64,000 nucleotides of DNA from Dehalococcoidia bacterium (GTDB taxonomy: Bacteria > Chloroflexota > Dehalococcoidia > Plut-88900): assembly GCA_965116945.1 (NCBI GenBank), contig OZ220734.1:2589740-2653739 (forward strand), given 5' to 3'. Position 1 is the stretch's first letter. Each line of letters opens with the position of its first letter. Positions 29,528 through 40,512 of the stretch are shown here, piece after piece. Both the position numbers and the translations under genes were made by a program. The notes beneath the pieces were generated by a model, which saw only the letters and a program-made list of their open reading frames with translations, did no database searches and had not been told where the DNA came from.

Positions 29528-30085
29528 ATGATTGAAACAGGAGATATCAGAAAAGGAATGACCATCGAAATCGATGGCAGCCTATTCAAGATATTGATGC
29601 TCAAGCACATCAAAATCGCCCGGGGTTCGGCCCAGGTTAGAATGAAGCTCCGCAACGTAACCGAAGGTCACACCATAGAGAAGACCTTCCAGGCCGGTGA
29701 GCGCTTCGCCATCGCCCGACTCGAACGGCGGGAGGCCCAATTCCTCTACCGCGACGGTGACCTCTTCTACTTCATGTTCACCGACACCTTTGAGCAGAAT
29801 CCCGTGTCATCTGAACTCTTGGAGGACGTGGTCGGCTACCTTCTCGAAGGTATGACCCTGGACGTCATTCTCCATGGCGACGTACCCATAGGCGTCGAGC
29901 TCCCCACCACCGTCGACCTCCAGGTCTCCCAGACCGAGCCCGGCTTCAAGGGAGACACCGCTCAGGGAGGCACCAAGCCCGCCACCCTGGAAACCGGCAT
30001 TACCGTCACTGTCCCGATGTTCGTCAATGAAGAAGACACCATTAGGGTAGACACCCGTTCCGGCGATTACATCGAGCGGGTTTAG
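29528..30085 (+). CDS. efp: Elongation factor P
   Basis: PGFKGDTA, KPATLETG and VPMFV...VDTRSGDY; the tip loop is IARG. Confidence 0.95.
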   Translation: MIETGDIRKGMTIEIDGSLFKILMLKHIKIARGSAQVRMKLRNVTEGHTIEKTFQAGERFAIARLERREAQFLYRDGDLFYFMFTDTFEQNPVSSELLEDVVGYLLEGMTLDVILHGDVPIGVELPTTVDLQVSQTEPGFKGDTAQGGTKPATLETGITVTVPMFVNEEDTIRVDTRSGDYIERV

Positions 30086-30110
30086 CTCATGAAGTAGCCT
30101 TCATCCCAAT

Positions 30111-30146
30111 GTCATTCCGATGCCCCGCGAGGAATCTGGGGTGCGG
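30111..30146. repeat. Intergenic REP-like element (GTCATTCC...GAATCT type); degenerate relative at 48568-48600
   Basis: GTCATTCCGATGCCCCGCGAGGAATCTGGGG versus GTCATTCCAAGGCTCCGGGAGAAATCTGGGG. Confidence 0.55.
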
Positions 30147-30221
30147 TCCAGACACATTCAATTCTCTGGCTTAAACCGGGACACTCAGGTAGACAACGTC
30201 CTTGCGAAGGGAGGAGCATAA

Positions 30222-30860
30222 ATGGAAGGCCGCAAGCTGGTCCAGGAAATAATGATCGAGGCCGAATACGGCGCCGCCTACTTCGTAAAGAAGGGGCAGG
30301 TCCAGCGAGTCATAATGATTGACGGTCCCCAGGTTGGCGATTGGACCGCTTTCAACGCCAACAACTTCAAGGAGTACTACGACTCCTCGCACACCTTCAT
30401 CATGAACAGTTCGCAGGGCACCGGTGGTGCAAAGGCCGTCCGAGACTTCTACTCCCGGCCCCCTCACCTGAACGTTATGTTCACCACCGTCGAAGATACC
30501 GTCGGCATTCACTGGATGTTGTGCGGGGCCAAGTGTACCCCCCAGCGCTACAAGGTCTGGAACATCGAAGGTGGGCACCGTAGCTGCTTTATGAACCTCG
30601 TCGAGGCGCTCGAACCTCACGGCCTCACCCCCGAGGATGTCCCCGACGTATTCAACATGTTTATGAACGTCTCCTACGACGACGAGGGCCGCTACCACAT
30701 CCACGGTCCCGTTGCCGGCAAGGGCGGCTACATCGACATGCGCGCCGAGATGGACTCCTTGGTAGCCCTCTCTGCTTGCCCAGCCGGCGACGTTTCCTTT
30801 GTCAATGGCGAAGGAGAAGAGCAGGGTAACAAGCGCCTTAAAGTCGAAATCTGGGAATAG
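30222..30860 (+). CDS. DUF1989 / urea-carboxylase-associated family protein
   Basis: DGPQVGD, EDTVGIH...C, HRSCFMNL, FNMFMNV and RAEMDSLVALSACP; GGAGGAG RBS. Confidence 0.85.
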   Translation: MEGRKLVQEIMIEAEYGAAYFVKKGQVQRVIMIDGPQVGDWTAFNANNFKEYYDSSHTFIMNSSQGTGGAKAVRDFYSRPPHLNVMFTTVEDTVGIHWMLCGAKCTPQRYKVWNIEGGHRSCFMNLVEALEPHGLTPEDVPDVFNMFMNVSYDDEGRYHIHGPVAGKGGYIDMRAEMDSLVALSACPAGDVSFVNGEGEEQGNKRLKVEIWE

Positions 30861-30875
30861 TGAAAGGCGGTCGAA

Positions 30876-31187
30876 ATGATCCGCATGGCGATCATTTACA
30901 ACAGGACCGAGGACAGCACCTTTAACCTCGATTATTACATCAAGTCTCACATGCCCATGGCTGCGAGGGAATTCGGCGCCTTCAAATGGGACGTTGACAA
31001 CGTAGTCAGCGGCGCGGACGGCAGCGAATCCCCCATCCACTGCATCGGTTACCTCTACTTCGAAAGCGAGGAGGAGCGCCTCGCGGGCATGAACGCCACC
31101 TCGGTTCCCAAGGTCATCGGCGACGTACCCAACTACTACAAGCCTGGAATGCCTGTGGCCATCGTGAGCGAAATCGTAGACGGCTAG
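30876..31187 (+). CDS. EthD-family protein
   Basis: FNLDYYIKSHMPMA ... VIGDVPNY pattern, about 103 aa. Confidence 0.8.
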   Translation: MIRMAIIYNRTEDSTFNLDYYIKSHMPMAAREFGAFKWDVDNVVSGADGSESPIHCIGYLYFESEEERLAGMNATSVPKVIGDVPNYYKPGMPVAIVSEIVDG

Positions 31188-31209
31188 CCCGATTGCCCCC
31201 ACCCCACCA

Positions 31210-31980
31210 ATGCTCAACCTCGGTTGGTTCTCCACGGGCCGGGGCCCCGGCTCCCGTGCCCTCCTTTCAACCGTTCATCGGGCCATACAGGACGGCCGCA
31301 TCGATGCTAGGATCAGTTTCGTATTCTCCAATCGGGCACCGGGCGAAGCCGAAGGCAGTGACCAATACTTCGCTCTCGCCGACTCCCTCGGCCTTTCGGT
31401 AGTCCACCACTCCTCCAGGGCCTTCCGTCGCAACTGGTCCGGGGGCCCCACTCAGCGGCGCGCTGCCTACGATGCCGAGGTTGCAACGCTGATTAAGCCC
31501 TACTCCCCTGACCTCTGCGTTCTCGCTGGCTACATGCTTATCGTCAGCCCCGACCTATGCCGTAACTTCACCATGATCAACCTGCACCCCGCCGCCCCCA
31601 ACGGCCCCAAGGGCACTTGGCAAGACGTAATCTGGCAGCTAATTGATCAGAGAGCGGATCATAGTGGCGTCAAAATCCATCTCGTCACCGAAGAACTGGA
31701 CCAGGGCCCGACCATCTCCTATTGCCAATATCCCATCAACACCCAGGCTTTCGACCTTCATTGGAATGCAATCGGTGACGCCACGGCTCAAGACCTGCGA
31801 AACACCTTTGGCGAAGACTTGCCACTCTTCCGGGCCATCCGCGCCGAGGGCGTCAAGCGTGAACTCCCTCTCCTCGTCGCTGCTCTCACTTCCCTCTCCC
31901 GACGCCAATCCCCCCTCCCCCCCACCGCCACACCCCAAGACCTCACCCCCCAAATCGAATCATCCCTAACCACCTCCTAG
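31210..31980 (+). CDS. purN: Phosphoribosylglycinamide formyltransferase (PurN-like)
   Basis: VFSNR, VLAGYMLIV, INLHPA and HLVTEELDQGP. Confidence 0.8.
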   Translation: MLNLGWFSTGRGPGSRALLSTVHRAIQDGRIDARISFVFSNRAPGEAEGSDQYFALADSLGLSVVHHSSRAFRRNWSGGPTQRRAAYDAEVATLIKPYSPDLCVLAGYMLIVSPDLCRNFTMINLHPAAPNGPKGTWQDVIWQLIDQRADHSGVKIHLVTEELDQGPTISYCQYPINTQAFDLHWNAIGDATAQDLRNTFGEDLPLFRAIRAEGVKRELPLLVAALTSLSRRQSPLPPTATPQDLTPQIESSLTTS

Positions 31981-32085
31981 CCGCCCAATCTCGCCCATTA
32001 CCATCCTTCCATCCCGGTTCCCCACAAGGGGTCTGCCACTAGTCATCCCACTTCATTGGTAGCCAATCTCCCCCCTTTGGAAAAT

Positions 32086-32118
32086 AAGCATCAATAGCGC
32101 AAAGCACTATTGATGCTT
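32086..32118. terminator. 15-bp inverted repeat between convergent genes
   Basis: AAGCATCAATAGCGC-aaa-GCACTATTGATGCTT (one mismatch). Confidence 0.6.
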
Positions 32119-32204
32119 CAAATTAAACAGGACGGATGGATGGACCCTCACATGCCCATCAAGGAGGAGGGTCGGTATGAGGCTGATCTTCCTCCGGGGT
32201 GGGG

Positions 32205-32231
32205 CCGCTCACCCTGAGCACCGTCGAAGGG
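32205..32231. repeat. REP-like intergenic element (CTCACCCTGAGC...GTCGAAGGG type)
   Basis: CCGCTCACCCTGAGCACCGTCGAAGGG resembles a widespread short intergenic repeat class; single copy in this window. Confidence 0.45.
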
Positions 32232-32284
32232 TCGAGCGGGGAAGGGGCCGAGGGCAACTCAAGCTACGAGATCAGTATCCAGCT

Positions 32285-33070
32285 TCACCTTCCCCTATAG
32301 TTCGGCTTCCTCTTCTCCACAAACGCCAGAGGCCCTTCCTTCGAGTCCTCCGTCTTGTGGATCCGCTGCGACACCAGTTCCTCCAGCCGTAGCCCTTGCT
32401 CTAACGGCATGTCAATGCCCTGGTAAGCTAGCTGCTTGATCGCTCTCACCGCCAGCGGGCCGTTGCCGTTTATCTTGTTAGCCAGCTCCTCGGCGGTGGG
32501 CATAACCTCTTCGGGTGCAACGACCCGGTTCACGAGACCGAGATCGTAAGCCTGCTGTGCATTGAGCCGATCGCCGGTGAGTAAGACCTCCAACGCCCGA
32601 CGGAAGGGTATCGACCGGGGCAGCCTCTGCGTCCCCCCGCCACCCGGAATGATGGCCCTCAGCACTTCGGACAATCCGAAATGAGACCTGTCCGACGCAA
32701 TGATGAAGTCACACGCCAGGGCAAGTTCCAGCCCTCCCGCCAGACAATACCCATCCACCGCCGCAATCACCGGTTTGGTAAGATCACTCGTCCGCCAGAA
32801 CCCCGTGGCCCGGGCCCTGGTTAAAAGACCTTCCCCGCGGCCATCTCCCTTCCTCCGGTCAGACATCTCCTTCAGGTCCGCCCCTGCCGAAAACGCCCGA
32901 CCCCCGGCGCCTGTAACAATCGTGCACCAGATCTCGGTATCGTTCTCGATGTCGTACCACGCCGCATTCAGGCCTGTTACAACCTCGTTGTTCAGGGCGT
33001 TCATCTTTTCCGGCCGGTTAATCGTGACGTAAGCAATCCGGTCTTTTTTTTCGAAAATTACCTGCGGCAT
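32285..33070 (-). CDS. Enoyl-CoA hydratase/isomerase (crotonase) family
   Basis: INRPEKMNAL, AFSAGADL, GGLELALACD and GLSEV..IIPGGGGTQRL. Confidence 0.93.
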   Translation of the reverse strand: MPQVIFEKKDRIAYVTINRPEKMNALNNEVVTGLNAAWYDIENDTEIWCTIVTGAGGRAFSAGADLKEMSDRRKGDGRGEGLLTRARATGFWRTSDLTKPVIAAVDGYCLAGGLELALACDFIIASDRSHFGLSEVLRAIIPGGGGTQRLPRSIPFRRALEVLLTGDRLNAQQAYDLGLVNRVVAPEEVMPTAEELANKINGNGPLAVRAIKQLAYQGIDMPLEQGLRLEELVSQRIHKTEDSKEGPLAFVEKRKPNYRGR

Positions 33071-33122
33071 GGGTTCCTCCGGGACGATGTGCTAGCTTAT
33101 GGCGCTCTTCAGGTCCTTATCC

Positions 33123-33923
33123 CTACCTGGCCTTGAATTGCGGTTGCCTCTTTTCAGAGAATGCCAGGGGCCCCTCCACCGAGTCTTCCGTCGTATTCAG
33201 TAAACTGCTGAATACTCTCTCAAACTGGAACGCCTGCGGCAGCGTCAGATTGTATCCTCGCAGAACCGCTTCCTTGATAGCTCGCACCGCCAGGGGTCCA
33301 TTCCCACATATCTTCTCTGCAATGCCCTCTGCCGTGGACATCACCTCGTCCGCGGGCACCACCCGATTAATTAGGCCCGTTCTGTGGGCCTCCTGCGCAT
33401 CTATCCTGGACCCCGTGAGTAGGAGCTCCATAGCTATGCACATCGGCATTGCCCGGGGTAACCTGTCTACTCCGCCACCGCTTGGAATAATCCCCCACCT
33501 GACTTCCTGCAACCCAAACTGGGCGTGCTCTGCTGCCACCCTTATGTCGCAGCTCAATGCGATCTCCAACCCCCCCGCTATGCAAAAGCCATTGATTGCG
33601 GCTATGGAAGGAGTTGAAGTGTACATCTCGTAGATGTTCGGCAGTCCGGGTGCGTTCTCCACCGAATACTCTCCCGCCCAGGCCTCTGGCCCGGTTGCCG
33701 CCACATCCTTCAAGTCTTGCCCCGTGCAAAACGCCTTTTCTCCGGTTCCCGTTATGATGATCACCCAAACATCTGGATCATCATCCAGCATCCTCCAGGT
33801 ATCAGCCAGCTGTTTCCAATGCGCCTCAGTCAGCGCATTCAGCCTCTCGGGGCGGTTAAGAGTGACATAGGCAATTCGGTCCTTCTTCTCAACCAGCAGA
33901 TGAGATCTAATATCTTCACTCAT
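33123..33923 (-). CDS. Enoyl-CoA hydratase/isomerase (crotonase) family, paralog of the neighbour
   Basis: LNRPERLNAL, AFCTGQDL, GGLEIALSCD and GLQEVRWG; start placed at MSEDIRS. Confidence 0.92.
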   Translation of the reverse strand: MSEDIRSHLLVEKKDRIAYVTLNRPERLNALTEAHWKQLADTWRMLDDDPDVWVIIITGTGEKAFCTGQDLKDVAATGPEAWAGEYSVENAPGLPNIYEMYTSTPSIAAINGFCIAGGLEIALSCDIRVAAEHAQFGLQEVRWGIIPSGGGVDRLPRAMPMCIAMELLLTGSRIDAQEAHRTGLINRVVPADEVMSTAEGIAEKICGNGPLAVRAIKEAVLRGYNLTLPQAFQFERVFSSLLNTTEDSVEGPLAFSEKRQPQFKAR

Positions 33924-33942
33924 GACCCCTCCCCTTTTTGCT

Positions 33943-35271
33943 TCAGGCGGTCTTCTCTTCTTCGAACCCCGTGCCCAGGCGCAACCCCGACCCCACATCC
34001 TCCATATCGGCCTTCGCTTCCAGCGTCCTGCCATCCGACGTAATCAGGGTGGCCGACCCTTTTCTGGCTATCGCCTGCTCATCGACGTAACATTTCACAA
34101 CTTCAGGCATAGAAGGAGCATGGTACATCGCCTCCATCAGCGCTTCTTCCAGTATGGACCTCAGCCCTCTGGCCCCCGTCTTAAGCCTGATCGCAATGTC
34201 CGCAGCATGTTCCAGGGCCGCATCGGTGAACTCCAATTCCATTCCGTCCAGCTCGAATATCCGCTTGTATTGCTTCACAAGCGCATTCTTCGGCTGGGTT
34301 AACACCGTAACCAGGGAATCCCTGTCCAGAGCCCCGACCGCTGCCATCACCGGCAGCCGTCCTATCAGCTCCGGAATCAGTCCGTACTTAAGCAGGTCCT
34401 CAGGCTCCAGCAAGTTCAGCAGCTCCTCCGAGCCCTTGGCCCCCCGCACCCCCGCGGAAGTGAATCCGATGTTGACCACATCCTTCTTGATTCTCTGCTC
34501 TATCAACTCCTCCAAACCATCGAAGGCGCCCCCGCAGATAAAGAGAATATTAGACGTGTCAAGCTGAATATATTCCTGGTGCGGGTGCTTCCTGCCCCCT
34601 TGAGGCGGCACGTTCGCAATACACCCCTCTATCACTTTGAGCAGCGCCTGCTGCACCCCCTCCCCCGACACATCCCTGGTGATCGAAGGGTTCTCACTTT
34701 TCCGAGATATCTTGTCTATCTCGTCAATGTAGATTATTCCCCGCTGCGCCCGCCCGACATCGTAGTCCGCCGCCTGGATGATCCGGAGCAGAATGTTCTC
34801 GACATCCTCACCCACGTACCCCGCCTCGGTCAGCGTAGTTGCATCGGCGATGGCGAAAGGCACCTGGAGAATCTTGGCTAGAGTTTGGGCCAGAAGGGTC
34901 TTACCGCATCCGGTAGGGCCAGCAAGCAGTACATTCGTCTTGTCCAGCTCCACCTCCCCACCCGAGCCCCTGTTGTTTATCCGCTTGTAGTGGTTGTATA
35001 CCGCTACGCTGAGTACTTTCTTGGCCCGGGACTGTCCAATGACGTACTCGCTGAGCTTCTCGTACAGTTCCTTTGGCGTCGGAAGTTCTTCTAGTACCAG
35101 GTCCTTACCCGGCGAGATCCTGTCTTCATCTATTAACTGCTGGCACAGGGCGACGCAGTTGTCGCAAATATAAGTCTCCGCCTGGCCGCCAATTAGCTTT
35201 TTGACGTCGGGAGGGCTCTTGGAGCAAAAGGAGCAGGCGTAGGTTGGTTTTCCGTTGTTATCTTCGGGCAT
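33943..35271 (-). CDS. clpX: ATP-dependent Clp protease ATP-binding subunit ClpX
   Basis: CSFC/C..C zinc finger, GPTGCGKT and [14 protein letters not shown]. Confidence 0.97.
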   Translation of the reverse strand: MPEDNNGKPTYACSFCSKSPPDVKKLIGGQAETYICDNCVALCQQLIDEDRISPGKDLVLEELPTPKELYEKLSEYVIGQSRAKKVLSVAVYNHYKRINNRGSGGEVELDKTNVLLAGPTGCGKTLLAQTLAKILQVPFAIADATTLTEAGYVGEDVENILLRIIQAADYDVGRAQRGIIYIDEIDKISRKSENPSITRDVSGEGVQQALLKVIEGCIANVPPQGGRKHPHQEYIQLDTSNILFICGGAFDGLEELIEQRIKKDVVNIGFTSAGVRGAKGSEELLNLLEPEDLLKYGLIPELIGRLPVMAAVGALDRDSLVTVLTQPKNALVKQYKRIFELDGMELEFTDAALEHAADIAIRLKTGARGLRSILEEALMEAMYHAPSMPEVVKCYVDEQAIARKGSATLITSDGRTLEAKADMEDVGSGLRLGTGFEEEKTA

Positions 35272-35300
35272 GCACTCTCAACCGGGCCTCTGGGCCCCCG

Positions 35301-35948
35301 TCAATTAGCCTTATCTGCCTTCTTTTCTTCCTCGGCTTCCTCCACAGATCCCACCACCTTGTCCACCAATCCATATTCCTGGGCTTCGACCGCGCTCAGG
35401 TAGATATCCCGGTCCGTGTCCCTGGCTATCTTCTCGTAGTCTTGCCCCGTATGCGTAGCTAGGATATTCCTCAGCTTGTCCTGCAGCCGCAGTATCTCTT
35501 TGGCCGCGATCTCTATGTCGGATGCCTGTCCTTGTGCCCCTCCCATTGGCTGGTGCATGTGTATCGTCGAGTTGGGCAGAGCGAATCGCTTCCCCGCCTT
35601 GCCCCCGCTCAGCAGCACTGTACCCATGCTCGCCGTCATCCCGACACATATGGTGGAAACGTCGCATTGTACTAGACGCATCGTGTCGTAGATCGCCAGC
35701 CCGGCGCTGATGACTCCACCTGGTGAATTGATGTACAGGTTTATGTCCTTGTCCGGGTCCTCGCGTTCCAGGTATAGGAGCTGCGCCACAATCAGGTTGG
35801 CCACGTGGTCCGTAATCGGCGTCCCCAGAAATACAATTCGCTCCTTAAGCAGCAGCGAATATATGTCGAACGCCCTGTCCCCTCGGGCGCCGCTCTCGAT
35901 TATCATCGGTATCACGTTATCCGGTCGCATCTTTCTCCTCGTTTTCAT
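35301..35948 (-). CDS. clpP: ATP-dependent Clp protease proteolytic subunit
   Basis: YINSPGG, ASMG (catalytic Ser), HQP and RDTDRD. Confidence 0.96.
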   Translation of the reverse strand: MKTRRKMRPDNVIPMIIESGARGDRAFDIYSLLLKERIVFLGTPITDHVANLIVAQLLYLEREDPDKDINLYINSPGGVISAGLAIYDTMRLVQCDVSTICVGMTASMGTVLLSGGKAGKRFALPNSTIHMHQPMGGAQGQASDIEIAAKEILRLQDKLRNILATHTGQDYEKIARDTDRDIYLSAVEAQEYGLVDKVVGSVEEAEEEKKADKAN

Positions 35949-37260
35949 TCACTGCCCCGCCCCCCGGCACCTCAAGCACCGGGCCTTGCTGGACAATCTC
36001 TTTCATTCGTTCAACGGCCTTTCTCAGCCTGATCCGATTCCCGATGTTGACCCTCACTTCATCACTGTGCAATCGCTCCAGCATCTCCGGGTCTGCAGTA
36101 TCTGCCTGAGACTCGGCCTCTCTTATCTCCTCGTCTATGTCTTCTTCGCTCGCCTCAATCCCTTCCGCATCCGCCAGTTCGTTCAGAATTAGCGACGTTG
36201 TCACCCGGTTCTGCGCCGACTCCCGCCTCGCATCCCTTAAACCCTCCGGCGACTGACCTATCGCCCGAAGATAGTTGCTAAATTCGAGCCCAGCCTGTGC
36301 AATGGACCGGGCTTCGTCCATAATCATGTGGTCTATCTCGCGTTCGGTCAGATTAGGTGGCGCCTCAATGCTGGCTTTTTCCTTCAGCGCCTGCATCAGC
36401 TCTTCTTCAAACTTGTGGTCTGAAAGCTGTTTCGCGTGCTCTTCCAACGCTTCCGCAGTTTTCGATCTGAAGTCGGCTAGGTCCTCGTAGTCTCCCTCCA
36501 GCCCCTTGACAAACTCTTCATCAACTTCGCCGGGCAGCTTCGCTTTCACCTCCTGCACGGTGACCTTGAACTCACAGTCCTTACCGGCAATCTCTACCTG
36601 TCTGAAGTCTTCCGGCAGAGTCAGCGTGAACTCTTTCGACTCGCCCTTGCCCATTCCTTCAAGCTGTTGTGAGAATCCAGGGACTGGGAAGTCCATGTCT
36701 GGATTAGGTTGGTATGGAGACCCCGACTCACTGATCACCGATTCCCCCTCCACCCGACCGTCTACGTCTATCGTAAGCAGGTCTCCGAACTCCGCAGTCC
36801 TGTCCACCTGTTCCCAGGGTGCATTTCTGGACCGCACCGTCTCCATTGCCTCTTCCACCTGCTCCGGAACCACTTCAACCGGGTCCGGCGTTACCCTTAT
36901 CGACTTGTAGTCACCCAATTGAACCGTAGGCTTCAGGGGCACGGTGGCTTTGATAACCGGCGGCTCCACCGTCTCGAACTCTACGTCAGGCGTATCAATC
37001 GCCTCCAGGTTCTGCTCCTCTATAGCCTTCTCGACAAGGCCTGGAGCCAGGTCTTGCAACGCTTCATGAATCACGGCTTCTTTGCCCACGAAGTTCTGAA
37101 TAATGGCCCTTGGCGCCTTCCCTGGCCTGAAACCCGGCACCTTGACCCGCTGCGCCAGGCTCCTGTACGTCTTCTTTAGCGTGCCTTCAAGTTCTTCCCC
37201 CCCTACTTCAATGGTGAGAAGGACGCGACTTTTAGGTAGTTTTTCACTGGTGACTTTCAA
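35917..37260 (-). CDS. tig: Trigger factor
   Basis: [10 protein letters not shown] ribosome-binding motif and FKBP domain; lies upstream of clpP; TTG start. Confidence 0.94.
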   Translation of the reverse strand: MKVTSEKLPKSRVLLTIEVGGEELEGTLKKTYRSLAQRVKVPGFRPGKAPRAIIQNFVGKEAVIHEALQDLAPGLVEKAIEEQNLEAIDTPDVEFETVEPPVIKATVPLKPTVQLGDYKSIRVTPDPVEVVPEQVEEAMETVRSRNAPWEQVDRTAEFGDLLTIDVDGRVEGESVISESGSPYQPNPDMDFPVPGFSQQLEGMGKGESKEFTLTLPEDFRQVEIAGKDCEFKVTVQEVKAKLPGEVDEEFVKGLEGDYEDLADFRSKTAEALEEHAKQLSDHKFEEELMQALKEKASIEAPPNLTEREIDHMIMDEARSIAQAGLEFSNYLRAIGQSPEGLRDARRESAQNRVTTSLILNELADAEGIEASEEDIDEEIREAESQADTADPEMLERLHSDEVRVNIGNRIRLRKAVERMKEIVQQGPVLEVPGGGAVNENEEKDATG

Positions 37261-37360
37261 AGGTGGAGAACTCCCTTGGTACCGAGAATGCAACGTTCCC
37301 GTTAGTGAAAATTATAGCACAGCCCACTCCCCACAACGCCCCTCCCCCAACCCCCATAGC

Positions 37361-39154
37361 TCACTCAGGCACTATCCTAAGCTGCAAATCTCTAAGCTGA
37401 TTTGCGCTCACGGGTGCTGGTGCATCGGTCATAACATCCACCGCACTCTGGTTCTTGGGGAAGGCGATTACCTCACGGATGCTCTCCTCTCCCGCAAGAA
37501 TGGCCACCAGGCGATCTATACCCGGGGCAATGCCACCGTGGGGAGGAGCCCCGTACTCAAACGCCTCCAGCAAGTGCCCGAACCGCGCCTGCGCCTCGTC
37601 TTCATCGTAATTCAGCAGCTTGAACACCTTCTGTTGTAGCTCTCGATCGTGGATTCGAATACTCCCACTTGCAACCTCCTGCCCGTTGCACACCATGTCA
37701 TAACATCGCGCCCGCACCCGACCCGGGTCCGAGTCCATCAACCCGATATCCTCCTGCCTGGGCGATGTAAACGGGTGGTGTGTCGAGTCCCACCTCCCTT
37801 CATCCTCGTTCCAATCCACCAGCGGGAAGTCCACTACGAACAGGAAAGACAGCTCTTCCGAGTCAGCCAATCCTAACCTCTGTCCCATCTCATTCCTCAG
37901 CGCCGACAGGGCCGCATTCGTAGTCTTTTCATCTCCAGCCACGATCAACAACAGGTCACCTTGTTCCGCCCCAAGCCCATCAATAATCCCATTTAGATCA
38001 TCTTCACTCAGAAAACGGGTTACCGCAGACTTTACCTGCTCCCCACTCCATCGCCCCTCCGAGTCTGGCTCTCCTTGCAACGCAATCGTGACCAGCCCCT
38101 TGGCTCCCCTCTCCCTGGCAAACTCCGTGAGTTCATCCAATTGTCTTCGGCTGTACCCCGAGCATCCCGGCGCACGCATCCCCTTTATCGTCCCATCCCC
38201 GTCCGCCACCGACCGAAACACCTTGAAACCCGAACCTTTAACCACTTCTGTGATCTCTTCCAGTTCCAGGCCGAAGCGCAGGTCCGGCTTGTCCGTCCCG
38301 AACCGCCTCATCGCATCATCGTAGCTGATCCGTGGAAAGGGCTTGGTGAATCCCATCTCAGGCGTAACGGACTCCACCAGCCCCGTGAACAACGCCTCAG
38401 TCAAGTCAAGCACATCTTCGTCGTCCACGAAACTCATCTCTAGATCGAGCTGCGTGAATTCCGGCTGGCGGTCCGCCCTCTGGTCTTCGTCTCTGAAACA
38501 TCGGGCAATTTGGAAATACCGCTCAAACCCCGACACCATGAGCAACTGTTTAAGCTGCTGGGGTGATTGCGGCAAGGCGTAGAAACTTCCGGGATGCACC
38601 CGACTCGGCACCAGGTAGTCCCGTGCTCCTTCCGGAGTGCTCTTTATCAATACAGGAGTCTCTATCTCCAGGAATCCTTCGCCATCCAGGAAGTCCCGAA
38701 TATACTTCACCACCCGGTGCCTGAGGGCAATGTTTCGCTGGAGCCTCTGACGCCTCAGGTCCACGTACCTATGCTTTAACCGCAGGCTCTCTTCAACCTC
38801 CACTTCCTCGTTCACATAGAAAGGCGGCGTCCGGGACGGGTTCAGTACCTCCACAGATGTGGCTCCGACCTCTATCTCCCCAGTCCCAAGGTCTGGATTT
38901 TCAGTCCCCGCGGGCCTCGCCCCTACCCTTCCCTCCACCTGGACCACCCATTCATTGCGGAATTGCGTGCCGGTTTCGTGGGCCTCGGGAGATTCCTTCG
39001 GGTTCAGCACCACCTGCACAATCCCAGACCTGTCCCTCAGGTCGATGAATATCAGCCCCCCGTGGTCCCTTCGACGATGCACCCATCCGGCCAGCGTGAC
39101 ATCTTTACCCGCGTCAGCCGACCTGAGTTCACCACACCCTATTGTCTTTAACAA
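37361..39154 (-). CDS. aspS: Aspartyl-tRNA synthetase
   Basis: [38 protein letters not shown] and [12 protein letters not shown]. Confidence 0.97.
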   Translation of the reverse strand: MLKTIGCGELRSADAGKDVTLAGWVHRRRDHGGLIFIDLRDRSGIVQVVLNPKESPEAHETGTQFRNEWVVQVEGRVGARPAGTENPDLGTGEIEVGATSVEVLNPSRTPPFYVNEEVEVEESLRLKHRYVDLRRQRLQRNIALRHRVVKYIRDFLDGEGFLEIETPVLIKSTPEGARDYLVPSRVHPGSFYALPQSPQQLKQLLMVSGFERYFQIARCFRDEDQRADRQPEFTQLDLEMSFVDDEDVLDLTEALFTGLVESVTPEMGFTKPFPRISYDDAMRRFGTDKPDLRFGLELEEITEVVKGSGFKVFRSVADGDGTIKGMRAPGCSGYSRRQLDELTEFARERGAKGLVTIALQGEPDSEGRWSGEQVKSAVTRFLSEDDLNGIIDGLGAEQGDLLLIVAGDEKTTNAALSALRNEMGQRLGLADSEELSFLFVVDFPLVDWNEDEGRWDSTHHPFTSPRQEDIGLMDSDPGRVRARCYDMVCNGQEVASGSIRIHDRELQQKVFKLLNYDEDEAQARFGHLLEAFEYGAPPHGGIAPGIDRLVAILAGEESIREVIAFPKNQSAVDVMTDAPAPVSANQLRDLQLRIVPE

Positions 39155-39217
39155 CTCTTAGCACCCACGGCGGGCAATTATAGGTTAAGCCCCGAACTTA
39201 TATCAATCACCGGACCC

Positions 39218-39254
39218 CAAACAAAAAGGTGAGAGCCAAGAAGCTCTCACCTTT
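39218..39254 (-). terminator. Intrinsic terminator downstream of the sigma-factor gene
   Basis: AAAGGTGAGAGC-caagaa-GCTCTCACCTTT (12-bp stem), followed by a T-rich tract on the minus strand. Confidence 0.75.
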
Positions 39255-39291
39255 CTTCTCTGGAAGTAGGAAGTCAGGGTTGGTGGACGTG

Positions 39292-40335
39292 CTACAGGTA
39301 ACCCTCCAACATCTCCCTTGTCGACTCCCTATTCAGCTTGGCCACGGCCGCACTCTGGATCTGCCGGACTCGCTCTCGGGTTACGCCCAGGACCTCACCG
39401 ATGTCTTTCAGCGTGTGCTCCATGCCGTCCTTGAGGCCGAACCTCATCTCCAGCACTTCCCTCTCCCGAGGGTTCAGCTCGCTCAACATCGTGTCCAAGT
39501 GCCCTTTCAGCATGTTCTGCGAAAGGGTTTCCTCCGGGGTCGGAGCCTCGTTGTCTGTCAGCGTGCTCCCGAGAAGTAGCCCTGCGCTCCCCTGCGGTTG
39601 GTCCAGCGAGGCAGGCTGCTGCCAAGCCCGCATGATCCTCTTGATCTTGGCCTGGTCTATACCTGTTGCCTCGGCTATCTCTGCACCCTGGGGACGCCTG
39701 CCCAATTCCTGGGTTAGCGCCTGAGTGGCCTTCTCTACCTTGGCCGCAGTCTCACTCAGGTGAACGGGCAATCGGATCGTGTGGCCCTTATCCGTCAGGG
39801 CCCTCATCACGCCCTGGCGTATCCACCAGGTTGCATACGTGCTGAACCGAAACCCGCGCCGGTAGTCGTACTTGTCCACCGCCCTCAGCAACCCCAGGTT
39901 GCCTTCCTGTATCAGGTCTAGCAGCGGAAGCCCCTTGCCCTGGTACTTCTTGGCGATGCTTACCACCAGCCGAAGATTCGACTCCGTCATCCGACGCCTC
40001 GCCGACTCTCCTACCTTTGCCGCCTGCTGCAGCGATAACCGGCCCTCGACATCTGGTGCGCCGCCTTCCAGTTTCGCTCTAGCCTCGGCTCCGTATTCAA
40101 TGGCCCTGGCCAGTGCCTTCTCTTCTTCGAAGGTCAATAGCTCCGAGGCCCCTATTTCCTTTAGATAAGCCTTGAGAGGCTCGTCCACTAGTTCTTGCTG
40201 GGCTTGCCTGTCCTCGGTCTCCTCAGCAACTGCTGTGCTTGCGAGGCCGAGCCCTTCTTCTTCGTCTAGGCTCTCCAGCACCGATTCTATGTTGTATGTC
40301 GTTACCACTTCCTTGTTCATGACCTTATGCTGCAC
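39292..40335 (-). CDS. Sigma-70 family RNA polymerase sigma factor (RpoD/SigA-like, short N-terminus)
   Basis: YLKEIG (region 1.2), NLRLVVSIAKKY, DLIQEGNLGL, FSTYATWWIRQ and VTRERVRQI. Confidence 0.93.
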   Translation of the reverse strand: MQHKVMNKEVVTTYNIESVLESLDEEEGLGLASTAVAEETEDRQAQQELVDEPLKAYLKEIGASELLTFEEEKALARAIEYGAEARAKLEGGAPDVEGRLSLQQAAKVGESARRRMTESNLRLVVSIAKKYQGKGLPLLDLIQEGNLGLLRAVDKYDYRRGFRFSTYATWWIRQGVMRALTDKGHTIRLPVHLSETAAKVEKATQALTQELGRRPQGAEIAEATGIDQAKIKRIMRAWQQPASLDQPQGSAGLLLGSTLTDNEAPTPEETLSQNMLKGHLDTMLSELNPREREVLEMRFGLKDGMEHTLKDIGEVLGVTRERVRQIQSAAVAKLNRESTREMLEGYL

Positions 40336-40400
40336 TCCATTGCAAACCCGTTATCCGGGGTTATTCACGCTTAGAATACGCTCATTTGCATAATTTGTCA

Positions 40401-40436
40401 ATTGTTATATATAACAATAGCACAAACCTCTTGTGC
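40401..40436. promoter_or_regulatory. Candidate operator sites upstream of the sigma-factor gene
   Basis: Perfect 18-bp palindrome ATTGTTATATATAACAAT (40401-40418) plus GCACAA-N5-TTGTGC (40420-40436). Confidence 0.55.
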
Positions 40437-40512
40437 AATCCTCCTTACTATCTTTCGCTTCTGAATCCCTTATATGTATGTAACGCTCTTTACTACCCGA
40501 AGTTATCTGTAG

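Noticed and set aside
30086-30221. Guanidine riboswitch upstream of the DUF1989 gene
   Set aside because: No paired ACGR-loop hairpins or ykkC consensus are visible.
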